A stretch of DNA of 64,000 bases from the IMG/VR virus record IMGVR_UViG_3300010429_002123. One strand, given 5' to 3'. Positions within the stretch are counted from its first letter, which is position 1. Every line of letters starts with the position of its first letter. Source of the DNA: a virus. Lineage: Duplodnaviria > Caudoviricetes. Shown piece after piece: positions 9,901-18,704 of the stretch. Under the pieces are notes generated by a model. The model saw only the letters and a list, made by a program, of their open reading frames with translations, had not been told where the DNA came from and did no database searches. The translations under genes were made by a program, and so were the position numbers.

Positions 9901-12001
9901 ACTCGACGTAGAAGACACTTTCCAGAAAAAAGTAGCAGAAACTGTTGACGCTATAAAGAGTGTTTCCGGGGAAACTCAAAAAGCTGAAGACTCTGTTGAC
10001 GGGCTTAATAAAAATCTGGTAAAGACTTCAACTTCTTACCAGAGTGTGAAGGAAGCCTCCCCGTGGAAAAAAGAGACAGAAAGCACAGAGGACTATAATA
10101 AAACACATGGGAAAACTAACAGTGCATTAGGTGCCACTGTTACTATGAACAAAGATGTTACAAAGAGTTCTCCCTGGAAAGGGGAAGCAAAAGCTGTTGA
10201 GGGTTACAAAAAAGCTCTCGATGATGCTGTAAAGTCAGCTACTGACCTCTCTAATGTTCCTCCCCCACAGGTAACAGGAGGGTCGGGCGGAAAAGAAGGA
10301 GAAAAGCCCGGCGGAGAACCTCCAAAAACGGGAACAGAAAACGCAGTAAAAGACGGAGCAAAAGAAGGCTCGGAAAAAGGTTCTAAAGAAGGAACAAAAG
10401 AGGGGGCAGAAAAAGGTTCAGGACAGGGCACAAAAGAAGGTTCTAAGGAAGGCTCTAAAGAGGGAGCAGAAAAAGGTACAAAAGAGGGAGCTAAAGAGGG
10501 AACAAAAGAAGGTATGAACCTCTTTAATGCCTCAGTAGCCTTAGACCTTAAGGGTGCCGGGGGTATCACTGACCAATTAAAAATCCCCATGAAAAAAGCC
10601 TCAGACTTTACTTCTGCTCTGGCCGGAGATATGAAGAGCCTTTCTTCTGGGATAGAAAAAGCAGATAAAGCCTTCGCCAAAGGTGCAACAAGTGAGGCAG
10701 AACACGCCACCCAGGTAAATAAGCTGGTCTCTACAGTTAAAGATAAAGTAAATAAGAGTCTCGTAGCTATAAGTGAATCTTATACAAAAGGAGAAATAAG
10801 CCAGGAAGAGTATAACAAAGGGGTAGAGAGTCTTAACAATGTTCTTGATTCCGTAAAAAGTTCAGCCGTAGAGTTCTCACAGGCACTTTCCGACGGGGCA
10901 AAAAGCGTAAAAACAGCAACTAAAAACGTGGAAAAAAGCACAGAAGGTGGAGGAGCACAAGGGGGAGGAGAAGGAACTGCCCCTGCAGAAACTGGTGGGG
11001 GTGGAACAGGAGAGAACCCTGTGACCGGGGGCTCCTTAGGCGGAGGAGGAACAACCGGAGGAAGTTCTTTCACACCCGGAACCAAACAGAAATCGGAGAC
11101 AACTCCTATTACTACCCTTTCGGACACAGAGAAGGAGACTTTCACAAAAACAAGTCTGAACAGTCTGAAAAATCTTTCGGCTCAGCAAGACGCTTTGGCA
11201 AAAGCGTATAAAGACGGAACAGTAAAGCAAGATGAATACGTAGCGGGATTAGAAGCCCTGGCAAAACAAGCAAAAGCTGTATATAAAGCGGCGGGGGATT
11301 ATGGGGTAAACTTACAGGAGGCTTCCAACGCCCTTAAAACCGGGCAGTCGTCGGTCGGAGGAGAACAAGGAGACACGACAAAACAAAACTATAATCCTGG
11401 GTATGCTCCCAGAGGAACGGGGGGAAATAATCCAGGTGCTGATAATTTAACGGGGAAGGGTGGAAACAGCCCTCAAAATTACACCGATAGTGGTTACGGC
11501 ACAAATACAAGCAATATTGCCAACCCCTATGCGGGACAATTCGGAACTCCAGGGGTTACAAATTCCTCAGGAAGTTCAAAAGGTGTAACTACCGGGAGTC
11601 TCTTCGGTTATGGAGGAATGGAAAGCCCGGCTCATGACAATCCTATAAATGATGATAGGTTACTTCAAGTAGGAAAGCAAATAGCCACGGCAACAATAAA
11701 TAAAAACCTGGTAGACATGGTGAAGTTCATGAATAAAGGCTCGGTAGAAGCCTCTAAAGAATACACTCCGGCTAAGGTAAGAGCAGAGGTAGCTCAGGCT
11801 CAACAGGCTCAGATGGTGAGTTACCCGACGACAAATAATAATCATGTAAATCATCAGTATGACAATAGAAATTACGCTTCTTCCAGCAGTGTTCAGCAAA
11901 CCTGGATAGTAAACGTAGACGGAAAGACTGTAGGCGGAACTCCCGAGGTTCAAAAGAGCACAGGGGCACTCACAAGTTTCGCAGCAAAATTCGGTAAGTA
12001 G
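3974..12001 (+). CDS. Tail tape measure protein (2675 aa)
   Basis: Very long coiled-coil/helical protein; tape-measure core at about aa 560-760 (PFKLTDLMNAGIQM...); hydrophobic segments (AMLGPVGWILAGAAVVGTLLLI); synteny. Confidence 0.93.
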   Translation: MPDLKFNFSTNAEKTKNDFVSIINEVDRLTKAQEEQSKLVEALQGKEKGLIEQITQTREKATKKAIEDGNKYAEASSGLDKEEQNLKKLSEAYESSKKATKSYADSQKDVEKAMDELRKKHEALVEEIKTAQGPIKQQQTVTAKLKETYAETEKEAEKLATANKKGSLSLRDYDTAMKPISAQQTLLKQQIKESVTVQNGLIDSYEKLKGQQKENVDSYKKLEEHGQKLVTLRKEEMATTEKLSAEIKITTENVAKHREEKEKYSASLGASLQKEKELITAMKDSEEAQKALSAEAKKYDSIVKTQTETLEKLQRAKIQEKETNREALDNVKKLTEETKNLVELEKVQTVEIEKQEKVLRELNKAHLKGQISPDDYKTKKADLTQEITTGQASRTLTNEKLKANTQALEENKKVAKSSSLALAEYEKKVEETGATLVLSTIQQGKATNALEKEQTVYSHLSEEKKKVSQEVAKAQNALVNSTKQEEKALVAVQGALVNETTALAKMGGVLSATGEKLKNSNEAMENTKKALKGMAFEERMRGIEEFNTSVKDLISPLERFGKECMSAGKQANDLEKRLIGFSRSGEEARKVIEQIHKFSTEKQPFKLTDLMNAGIQMQKFGKNTEELLPKVANLAAGLKIGIEGPARAVSMALNDNQRGMMQLERQYGFTKDKLIEYGAQLKTSGQVELKSAETKKAIVAILDSYAGSAEKAGSSYNGAMTQMSNSIQLMKESIGKELLPLLAPLVQGAAKLVKTGTEFVSANKNVVASVLAVAAGLGMMMKVTDTVIGTVAGLQRAWGAAEKVYQTTTNLFKAGEITKQILSKETTLTVVAGEKVQQAEKIQGAVVQETTTGTVVATETLKQAVLAKTAIAARAMWVAMLGPVGWILAGAAVVGTLLLIKTRIMEANAEAEKKDVEDYGKKMAKGFKNAREEIELLNKTPVQIAIKGNAGEILDALTVKLKALRDLEKENLKQGGQGFSDYTTKEKVMVPIYKEGGAQYGLNAGVQVRVGAEEKEIDVTKRGGEAVSTAQTEIAKTVGELKTLQEEYDKHNVTLDDYKKRYGELKTTLETHTKTLRDVGQATIDSKEGDKLLGKQLLLTADEVDKVSSAYDTYTASMADAQRGLTAFLDQQARFKTDAQTSRANFKSAIEESTKYADAIRKNNEDIAKANKWLVEHGFKEEKAEDMFKSAGWEKYFNSVGEGQKKLEGGMTATQRDEFAKRQADLKQNENFTMESLKTTLNTIKTSAKQNLEVFADSTGKLLNVDTKDLEELPGETRDILGNVVKEYKLANDIEIDGEKHKAGEIIKAQKVTYEQTRKIMEDMLLAHAGDGEKQIAAREMISKEIQATYMQELEQKKKQVKAWEEMDAEAYAKNAKASREMWAQIEKDDKVSMETRIKMRQTYEQDVMKAQSSYFKEEKDRLDMGLHNYAQYYDALRTYLVENAEELKKFPEKYEQVARAVGQAGEQFFSDFQKENERLVKEGTMSTGESLKASLQFMKEHAEIWAMDVQKREDLERDLQRRLLEFERQRVQETSKIEKAIAEARGDKIGAIKAETDAQIASLETQKEAYQRSGVERNTIDKWYQTEKVKLNADANLKISQDNARVMQQQLDNYQKLLESQNRARINVKGYQTEEDISYEENRQKKLMASQMNAEKNYTAFYEQQLNTRHQILLKSGEVVTESGADILEKARNMVELTDEEQQFFNVIEQANSKIVTYQDSQLNAQKTLVDLANQRIALEKKHMDFRHQNDALDKDNWEKSLALDSSMYELKKQQFQKHALDMKMSAEQTSRQILDIEKARWQKERENQKKVSEEFIEGTENQIEAIRVQAKEYASQGMKREEIERNTQGRLRALYIESTKNFVEQEKAKLAEAVATAEAIKGLNEQVAAKQKELEALRGTSSFMRGEGDSPLLTADQALSKQRSPEGFSDPVLQKLQAEKQAEKDIGTLKSQLNAELEKEKSLNQDIKQLQQERLDVEDTFQKKVAETVDAIKSVSGETQKAEDSVDGLNKNLVKTSTSYQSVKEASPWKKETESTEDYNKTHGKTNSALGATVTMNKDVTKSSPWKGEAKAVEGYKKALDDAVKSATDLSNVPPPQVTGGSGGKEGEKPGGEPPKTGTENAVKDGAKEGSEKGSKEGTKEGAEKGSGQGTKEGSKEGSKEGAEKGTKEGAKEGTKEGMNLFNASVALDLKGAGGITDQLKIPMKKASDFTSALAGDMKSLSSGIEKADKAFAKGATSEAEHATQVNKLVSTVKDKVNKSLVAISESYTKGEISQEEYNKGVESLNNVLDSVKSSAVEFSQALSDGAKSVKTATKNVEKSTEGGGAQGGGEGTAPAETGGGGTGENPVTGGSLGGGGTTGGSSFTPGTKQKSETTPITTLSDTEKETFTKTSLNSLKNLSAQQDALAKAYKDGTVKQDEYVAGLEALAKQAKAVYKAAGDYGVNLQEASNALKTGQSSVGGEQGDTTKQNYNPGYAPRGTGGNNPGADNLTGKGGNSPQNYTDSGYGTNTSNIANPYAGQFGTPGVTNSSGSSKGVTTGSLFGYGGMESPAHDNPINDDRLLQVGKQIATATINKNLVDMVKFMNKGSVEASKEYTPAKVRAEVAQAQQAQMVSYPTTNNNHVNHQYDNRNYASSSSVQQTWIVNVDGKTVGGTPEVQKSTGALTSFAAKFGK
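10349..10513 (+). repeat. Degenerate 12-bp / 4-aa tandem repeat (KEG[ASTM] / EKG[ST]), about 14 units, within the TMP
   Basis: Peptide KDGA KEGS EKGS KEGT KEGA EKGS GQGT KEGS KEGS KEGA EKGT KEGA KEGT KEG read from the translation. Confidence 0.9.
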
Positions 12002-12018
12002 TAAACGGAGGGTTAATT

Positions 12019-12414
12019 ATGGCAATAGATTACTTTTGGATAGCAAATGAAGACGAAACTGATAAAGTTAATATGCTACCCATTGATGTGTCTCCGGCTC
12101 CAGAACTTAAAAAGGACGTTTATTTGTCGGGGTCTCCCCCTTCGTGGGAAGACTTGACAGTGTTACCTCCTGTCTACACAATAGCAGACCCTGGAGCGAC
12201 TGACCACGGAGGAACTCTGTTTATATCAGGTGAAAAAATGACCATCGCCGACAAGAACCTTCTTCAGGCTAAGGCGAAAGCAGGAGCACTGCAAAAGTAT
12301 TACGACGCTTACAACGCTATTACTTACCTTGTTTACTTATATCCCGCCCCGAAGTTTAAGTATCTTCGAGGCAGTACGTATATAGAATACACAATAACAA
12401 TGGTGGTAGCTTGA
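12019..12414 (+). CDS. Putative distal tail (Dit-like) protein
   Basis: Small beta-rich ORF directly after the TMP; RBS ggagg. Confidence 0.45.
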   Translation: MAIDYFWIANEDETDKVNMLPIDVSPAPELKKDVYLSGSPPSWEDLTVLPPVYTIADPGATDHGGTLFISGEKMTIADKNLLQAKAKAGALQKYYDAYNAITYLVYLYPAPKFKYLRGSTYIEYTITMVVA

Positions 12415-12623
12415 TGAGTAGGGAAACACACTTATTAGATTTTATTCAGGCCGTTCTTTGCCCCTTTTGCGGAGGAGATGCCTGGGAGGCTGAAAAGACA
12501 GAGGGTATTCTGTGGAAAAAACAATTAGAATGCCTGTGCTTTGAATGCGAAAACTCTTTCATAGTCGAGTTGAATATAGAGGAAGATAAATTAGAAATAA
12601 AAAAGTTAAATCGGAGGAGATAA
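12411..12623 (+). CDS. Small zinc-ribbon protein
   Basis: CPFC...CFEC motif pair. Confidence 0.6.
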   Translation: MMSRETHLLDFIQAVLCPFCGGDAWEAEKTEGILWKKQLECLCFECENSFIVELNIEEDKLEIKKLNRRR

Positions 12624-12624
12624 A

Positions 12625-14073
12625 ATGGCAAATATTCAGTTAGTCGATACAGACCAGTCTACCCTGGTAACAGATGTACCCGGAGGAACAATCAAGGCGG
12701 GAGATGCCCTGATAAAGAAACTGGGTCTAAAAAATAATAAGTCTTCCGGGGGACTCGCCAGCGTAAAAGTAGAGTGCTTTCCCGGCGTAAAAGACAACCA
12801 AGTTGCCCTTCCCATTTCAGGCTTGCAAATAGTAAGAAGAAATCAGGGTGGGGAAATGCAGGTTACCTCAGTGGCCAAAGAGGCACTTACCCTCTCTACT
12901 GCAGTTATGAGAACACTAAGAGAAAAAGTTTACAGAAAGACAACCGGTTCACTTTTTGTAGACTACCCTGACGGCACGCCCATAACAATGCTGAGCACCG
13001 GAGAAACTACTTATTTTGGGTGTAATGAGATTTATTTCAGTTACTTATGTAACGTGACAACAGCCGGTTCTTATACCAGTCTGACCTATGAAATCTCTAG
13101 AGGGTCAGATACATGGCTTGACATAACCTCCTTAGTCACTGATGGGACAAACGCCTTTTCTGTGGCAGGTTCGAACGTCATAACTCTTCCCTCTTCGGTA
13201 GGGACTAGCTGGGCAAAAGACACCATAAACGGACTTACAATGTATTGGCTGAGGATTACGTGTGCTACTTGTACTACTACGGCTATTTTAGGAACAGCCT
13301 CTTACTGGAATCTGGTGTTTCAGTTACCCAAAACCTGTTTGCTCGGCGTGGCTGATAACTTTTATAAGAGAACGACAGCCCCCGCCTTTACTCTCGTGTC
13401 CAGACCAGATAAAGAGTATTCAAACATGGCCAGATTTGCTTATATCACTTCTCCAATTAACGCGGGTGCGGGAGATACTCTTTGTGTAGCTTACACATAT
13501 AAAAACCCTCAGCCAGATAGTTACGTTTTCACTTTCCACCATGCTCAGACTTCTACATGGGTGGCTTCTACCTCATATGCCTCAAACAGTTTGGTCGAGC
13601 CCACTACCTTGAATACTTATTATTATGAAGTTACGGCTGGAGGGGGTGGAAACTCCGGGTCAACTGAACCTACCTGGCCTACTACAGTAGGAAACACAGT
13701 TGTGGACGGAGACCTTACGTGGACTTGCCGACAGGGCACGGGAGTTCCTCTTTTCTGTAAAATTAATAATGAAGTTCCAGCAATAAGTATAGTATGTAAC
13801 GGTTCTCTCAGACATTACTCCGTGTTACCTGGGTGTGAACTGGTTTTTTCTTCTGGAGCACTTGTATCAAATACTGTAACGGTTATTATCTCTAAAGATT
13901 TAGAGTTTTTCTGGCTGTCCCTCGATGGCTCTAGCTGGTCTAATCAAGATTTAACAGTTGGGAACATAGCAGAGGCGGGAACATCGGCTTTCTGGATAAA
14001 AGTGTGTCCTCACATAGGAGAATCTGGGTCGGATAACGAACGTTACATAATTATCTACGCTCGTGAAACTTAA
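12625..14073 (+). CDS. Tail-associated structural protein with a small carbohydrate-binding-like module
   Basis: Beta-rich; WVASTSY...YYYEVT...SGSTEPTWPTTVGNTVVDGDLTWTC module common in phage tail proteins. Confidence 0.65.
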   Translation: MANIQLVDTDQSTLVTDVPGGTIKAGDALIKKLGLKNNKSSGGLASVKVECFPGVKDNQVALPISGLQIVRRNQGGEMQVTSVAKEALTLSTAVMRTLREKVYRKTTGSLFVDYPDGTPITMLSTGETTYFGCNEIYFSYLCNVTTAGSYTSLTYEISRGSDTWLDITSLVTDGTNAFSVAGSNVITLPSSVGTSWAKDTINGLTMYWLRITCATCTTTAILGTASYWNLVFQLPKTCLLGVADNFYKRTTAPAFTLVSRPDKEYSNMARFAYITSPINAGAGDTLCVAYTYKNPQPDSYVFTFHHAQTSTWVASTSYASNSLVEPTTLNTYYYEVTAGGGGNSGSTEPTWPTTVGNTVVDGDLTWTCRQGTGVPLFCKINNEVPAISIVCNGSLRHYSVLPGCELVFSSGALVSNTVTVIISKDLEFFWLSLDGSSWSNQDLTVGNIAEAGTSAFWIKVCPHIGESGSDNERYIIIYARET

Positions 14074-14088
14074 AAGGAGGGGTAACAC

Positions 14089-15483
14089 GTGGGAGAAGAA
14101 CTTGGTCCAGCTCTTTTTCATTATTCGGTAACAGATTCTTATGATACCGAAATCTCTTTGCCTTTCCATTACAGTATTGTACCCTCCTATGATATGGGGT
14201 ATGCGACCTTTCACTACAGAATAGGAACAGTTCTGTATTCAGGGATGGGTAATGCCCGTTTTCACTATAAAATAAAAGACCCTCTTATAGTAACTTCCCC
14301 GGCACCAGACGGAGGAGCTTTTGAAAGAGTAATCGAATGTTTTCAAGGTACCAACCCTAACACTGTAATAGACGGCGACGGTTATCAGGCAAGGGGAGTG
14401 TTGAAGGCACCACTTCCTGCAGACTATCACGCTTACTTTGCTGTGAAGGTTTTCTTGCAGACCCCGGAGTTGCCAACAAAAGAAATTTTAATACCTCAGA
14501 AAGACATTATCTCTGTAACCTGCAAACTGGAGTTAAACAGAGGAATAATGTGGTCTCTTTCTCTCAAAAATTATGATAGGAAGTATACAGACAGAGACAA
14601 CGCTACTTTTGGGGGGCTCATAACGAAGGGAATGTATTCTTACGCCAGAGAGACAAGAAAGTTTATAAGAATGCAGTTTTGCTGTATCTACGACGGGGTT
14701 CCCACAGTTAAGTATGACTTTCCCCGTCTGGTCATAAAGCAGAAAGAGGGCACAAAAGAAATCACTATCGGCGGGATAGATGAGATAACAGAGTTTCTCT
14801 ACTCACGGTGTGACCTGGAAACCTATTGCGTTGAAGAGAATCTTCTGCCCGTAGAGACTTCTAAAGTGGAGGTCACGACAGATTATGGAACGGACACGTT
14901 TTACACCCGTTGGAGAACAATAAACCTGACATCAAACTGGAACGACCCCACCACAACACAGATTTTGGTTAATTACGCCCCTTATACAGGGGGAAGTTAT
15001 AATTCCACCTCCAGAGAGCTCGCAACAGGGCAGGTAAACACAAACTATCCAGTAACTATGTTAAATCCCATCTCTGTACATAATTTGATAAAAGACTTGT
15101 GCACAAAAACTGTGGACAGACTGCCTGCGGGGGTAACAAAAGAGTATTTCCCTGTGAACCTGGACTTTCCTACCTATATGGTCAAAGCTGACGTGCCTGT
15201 GCAGGGAAAAGAGCCTATAAAAGTCATAGAGGAACTTATAAGCGTTGTTCCGGGAGAGTGGTTTCCTCAAACAATAGGTGACCGTCTGGGACTTGTTATT
15301 CGAAGAAGACCTATAGAAGATGAGTTCCCCTCAGTCGGAAAGTTTGTGTTGAGAGAAAGTACCTTGAAAGAAAAATTATCTATATCCAGTTCAAATGTAG
15401 ACAGAATAAATACTATTAATGTAATTAGACCCTCCGTCGTAAGGACAGCTTACAAGCAGGTAATTACAACAGAAGAAGAATAA
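14089..15483 (+). CDS. Putative tail tip/baseplate hub protein (N-terminal part)
   Basis: Position after TMP/Dit; hub-like segments (WSLSLKN, ITIGGID, INTINV). Confidence 0.5.
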   Translation: MGEELGPALFHYSVTDSYDTEISLPFHYSIVPSYDMGYATFHYRIGTVLYSGMGNARFHYKIKDPLIVTSPAPDGGAFERVIECFQGTNPNTVIDGDGYQARGVLKAPLPADYHAYFAVKVFLQTPELPTKEILIPQKDIISVTCKLELNRGIMWSLSLKNYDRKYTDRDNATFGGLITKGMYSYARETRKFIRMQFCCIYDGVPTVKYDFPRLVIKQKEGTKEITIGGIDEITEFLYSRCDLETYCVEENLLPVETSKVEVTTDYGTDTFYTRWRTINLTSNWNDPTTTQILVNYAPYTGGSYNSTSRELATGQVNTNYPVTMLNPISVHNLIKDLCTKTVDRLPAGVTKEYFPVNLDFPTYMVKADVPVQGKEPIKVIEELISVVPGEWFPQTIGDRLGLVIRRRPIEDEFPSVGKFVLRESTLKEKLSISSSNVDRINTINVIRPSVVRTAYKQVITTEEE

Positions 15484-15497
15484 GGAGGAGAGTAATA

Positions 15498-16313
15498 ATG
15501 GGAAGTGTTACTGTTACGTCGCCAGACCCCGGAGGACAACTTGGGGTGTTTACAGCATCCACGTCAATAAGTTTTGGAGGAAAAGCCAGGGCAGATTCTG
15601 TAAGGTCAAGAACAGTTTCTACCACACTTAAGGGCGGGAGTGGTAGTGCTGGCACAAAAACAGGACTAAACACAGAATCTGATGGAGTTCAAACCTGTAC
15701 TGGGTGCGTTGTGAACTTTACAGTTTACACACAGGAATCAATGGGTTCTGGGTGGTATTCTTACTCAACCTATGTGCCCTCTTCAGTTACTGTGAGAGTA
15801 GAATGGACAGACTACGTACCTCCTCCTCCTCCTCCCCCTCCTCCCCCGGAGAACGACGGTTCACCCGAAGTTCCGCCCGGAGAAGAGGGAAATTCTCCCG
15901 ATGGCCAAGAAGATTACGGGGAAGAGGCGAAACCCAGAACAACTGAGCAGTGGGTAGAACAACAAGTAATAATGATGAAGGGTATTAACGAAAAGTGTAT
16001 AGACACTTACCATAAAAATGACTTAAAGTTCGGGGAGATAAAGGCTCTTGAGAGTATAGTGTCCCCTTACATACCAGATATAGAATCGGCTCATAGAATG
16101 GGAAAAGTTGCTGTTTACATTTCTTCAAAAAACTTAAATATCTCAGCAAAAGTCCAGCCAATATTCGACGCACAGATAGGCGACTTTGTAAACGTAATAG
16201 CTACAGATTTGTTTCTGGATGTAATAGACAGACTGCAGTCCATAGAACTTTCTGCGTCCGTTTCAGACCAGGCAGTAAGGTGGGGCTTTAACATAAGGGA
16301 AGAGGAAGAGTAA
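15498..16313 (+). CDS. Putative tail tip/hub C-terminal protein with a 10-Pro linker
   Basis: C-terminus FGEIK..IVSPYI....A...G....QIGDFVNV resembles a hub C-domain; poly-Pro encoded at 15819..15848. Confidence 0.5.
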   Translation: MGSVTVTSPDPGGQLGVFTASTSISFGGKARADSVRSRTVSTTLKGGSGSAGTKTGLNTESDGVQTCTGCVVNFTVYTQESMGSGWYSYSTYVPSSVTVRVEWTDYVPPPPPPPPPPENDGSPEVPPGEEGNSPDGQEDYGEEAKPRTTEQWVEQQVIMMKGINEKCIDTYHKNDLKFGEIKALESIVSPYIPDIESAHRMGKVAVYISSKNLNISAKVQPIFDAQIGDFVNVIATDLFLDVIDRLQSIELSASVSDQAVRWGFNIREEEE

Positions 16314-16855
16314 TGTCTGTTGAAAACCAGGTAGCCATAGTAAATAATCTTGCTGTAGAACAGGTGCACGGGCGGGCAAATATAAAACCTGCTATTGTGG
16401 TTGAACCAAAACCAGGAAATAAATATGATTTACAAATTTCTGGTAACTCTGCTATTGTGCCTGAAGTTCCCAGTGTAGTAACAACTGCTTTTATAAAAGG
16501 AGATGCGGTAATAGTTAAGTGCCCTCTCGGTAGTGAGTGTACACGCCAGATAGTTTCTGCTTCTTCTTTTTCTATACCGGAGGAAACTGTTTTCGAATTT
16601 TCAACAAAACCCAAAGAAAGACCGAGCGTAAAAAAATTCTTGCATGTTTATTATAATAGTTCAGATAATATGTATAGAAAGCATTACATTTCTTATTTTT
16701 CCGTGTATAGTGAGACTCCGATTTTATATTCCTGGTGTGTAGCCCCAGGATTTAAGGGGTCTGACCGTGTGTACGCCCCTTATGGGCACGGAATACGTAA
16801 ATTTGACCTGGCAGGTAATTTAATAGCAGAGAAAAGTTCTTTTCCATTGCCGTAA
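16313..16855 (+). CDS. Cassette 1: conserved tail-tip/spike-like N-domain plus the first beta-propeller blades
   Basis: About 100-aa N-terminus (ENQVAI...KPKERP) shared with the ORFs at 18153 and 20038; OB-like GDAVIV.CPLG. Confidence 0.65.
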   Translation: MSVENQVAIVNNLAVEQVHGRANIKPAIVVEPKPGNKYDLQISGNSAIVPEVPSVVTTAFIKGDAVIVKCPLGSECTRQIVSASSFSIPEETVFEFSTKPKERPSVKKFLHVYYNSSDNMYRKHYISYFSVYSETPILYSWCVAPGFKGSDRVYAPYGHGIRKFDLAGNLIAEKSSFPLP

Positions 16856-16865
16856 GAGGTGACAT

Positions 16866-17555
16866 ATGATAACTCCCCCAAGAACTGAATATGAAATAGG
16901 TGAAATTGTAAAACATCCTACGGAAGAGGATAGTGTGATTGCTATTCTCTGGAGCGATTTTTGGTATACTATGCAACCCTATGATTATTCTGAAATAGTG
17001 AAATATGATTTTAGCACAGGCGTTACGGTGAATTTGCTACATTTTTCTAATGCGGTTTTTCAGCCACACGCCTTGCGGTATTTTAATGGGAAGTTGTATA
17101 TTTCAGGAATAAATTATGAGATACCTGGGGGATTAGCTGCGATTCGTATATATGAGACAACTTCGTGGACATTGGTAGATACGCTAAATTTTGATGAGTT
17201 GTGGGTAACCCGGTCTATTGGGGTGGAGAATGATAATACGATATTTGCCTTTGATTCAGTTATAGATAAACTTGGAAGATTAAATATAGTTAGTAAGTGG
17301 GAAAAAAGTGGAAGTTCATGGACAAGAACCCTCTCCTTTTGTATAGACGGAGTAGATTTTTGGGTTGGTAATATGTTTGCTTTAGAGGCGGATAGAAATG
17401 GCTCTGTCTTTGTTTCTGGGGGAAATACCTGGTGGGGAACAGGAAACCGAATTATAAAATATGATTCTGTTACAGGTGAAAATCTGGGGGTAGTTTTTGA
17501 TGACCCTACTGGATACTACAGTACGCCCATTTTCATGCTGTATTGTGAGGAGTAA
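16866..17555 (+). CDS. Cassette 1: beta-propeller-like protein
   Basis: Paralogue of 18705..19403 (RTEYE.G.I.KHP, FQPHALRY.NGKLYI, DSVTGE). Confidence 0.65.
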   Translation: MITPPRTEYEIGEIVKHPTEEDSVIAILWSDFWYTMQPYDYSEIVKYDFSTGVTVNLLHFSNAVFQPHALRYFNGKLYISGINYEIPGGLAAIRIYETTSWTLVDTLNFDELWVTRSIGVENDNTIFAFDSVIDKLGRLNIVSKWEKSGSSWTRTLSFCIDGVDFWVGNMFALEADRNGSVFVSGGNTWWGTGNRIIKYDSVTGENLGVVFDDPTGYYSTPIFMLYCEE

Positions 17556-17560
17556 ATTAT

Positions 17561-18163
17561 ATGAACAATTTAATACTGGGAGACAGTTTTGAGGTAATGA
17601 AGACACTAGAAACGGGGTCTGTTGGTCTTCTTCTCACAGACCCTGATTTTTGGGAAAATACAGAAGAAGTAAAAAAGTTTTCTGTGGAAGTAGATAGACT
17701 TTTACATAAAGAGGGTTCTTTTCTTCTGTGGACACCCCTGTGTTACCTCGATATGTGCAGGAAAAATTTTTGTAATCTTTTCTTGCAGTCCGCCCATTTT
17801 TTGGAAACACAGGACCGTTTTAGAACGAGGGTTGATACAAATTTTGTGGTGTTGAGGTTTGTGAAAACTACCCAAAATAAAGGTGATTTTGGGGAAATGA
17901 TTTCTCTGAACACGCTTCAAAAGCCAACATATCAGTTTCTAATGGCTGAGGATAAATGTCTGGGCTTTTTTACTCTGCTGATTGAAAAGTATCATAACCC
18001 CGATATTGGTTATGTTCTCGACCCATTTTCTGGCGGGGGTTCAACTATGGCTGGAGCTGAAATACTCGGTAGAGAGTATATTTGTATAGAGAAGAGTAAA
18101 GACAAATATGAAAAGTCTCTAAAATTTATGGAACGCATGAAAGGTGTACCCCGTGTCTCTTGA
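17561..18163 (+). CDS. DNA N4/N6-methyltransferase-like protein with an atypical catalytic motif (DPDF)
   Basis: GDSFEVM...SVGLLLTDPDFW and SAM-binding VLDPFSGGGST. Confidence 0.75.
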   Translation: MNNLILGDSFEVMKTLETGSVGLLLTDPDFWENTEEVKKFSVEVDRLLHKEGSFLLWTPLCYLDMCRKNFCNLFLQSAHFLETQDRFRTRVDTNFVVLRFVKTTQNKGDFGEMISLNTLQKPTYQFLMAEDKCLGFFTLLIEKYHNPDIGYVLDPFSGGGSTMAGAEILGREYICIEKSKDKYEKSLKFMERMKGVPRVS

Positions 18164-18701
18164 AAATCAGGTAGCGATAGTAAATAAAATGTCCATAGAA
18201 CAGGCTTACGGGAGAACAACTGTTAAGCCTGCTGTCGTAATTGAAGTAAAAAGTGGAAACAGATACGACCTGCAGATTTCGGGAATAAGTGCCATAGTCC
18301 CGGAGGTTCAAAGTGTATTTACAGAAACGACTTTCAAAGTAGGAGACGCTGTCCTGGTAGAATGTCCTCTTGGTAATGAGCACATGAGACAGATAATATC
18401 TCCTTCTGTAGTAAGTATCCCTGAAGAAACTATTTACGAATTTTCGACAAAACCGAAGGAAAGACCTGTAAAAGCCGGAAGTTATATTCATGCTACAATG
18501 GGTAACTGGGGACAAAGGTATACCAAGTTTAATCTTGTTAACAAAACAGTTGTTAATGAGTTTGAAGTAGTTCCCTCACCCACTTTTGTAGCTGTTGGAC
18601 AATCGAATGTGTATTTACAGGTAGAAGGCTCTATAAGGAAATACGACTTGAACGGTAATCTTATAGCAGAGAAGGGTAAATTTTTATTAGTGGAGATTTA
18701 A
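18153..18701 (+). CDS. Cassette 2: conserved tail-tip/spike-like N-domain plus the first propeller blades
   Basis: GTG start gives MSLENQVAI, aligning with 16313; ends IRKYDLNGNLIAEK as cassette 1 does. Confidence 0.65.
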   Translation: MSLENQVAIVNKMSIEQAYGRTTVKPAVVIEVKSGNRYDLQISGISAIVPEVQSVFTETTFKVGDAVLVECPLGNEHMRQIISPSVVSIPEETIYEFSTKPKERPVKAGSYIHATMGNWGQRYTKFNLVNKTVVNEFEVVPSPTFVAVGQSNVYLQVEGSIRKYDLNGNLIAEKGKFLLVEI

Positions 18702-18704
18702 TCT

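Noticed and set aside
3998-11969. Many minus-strand ORFs antisense to the TMP and other long genes
   Set aside because: Shadow ORFs with Phe/Ser/Leu-rich composition that mirrors the A-rich coding strand; no RBS or motifs.
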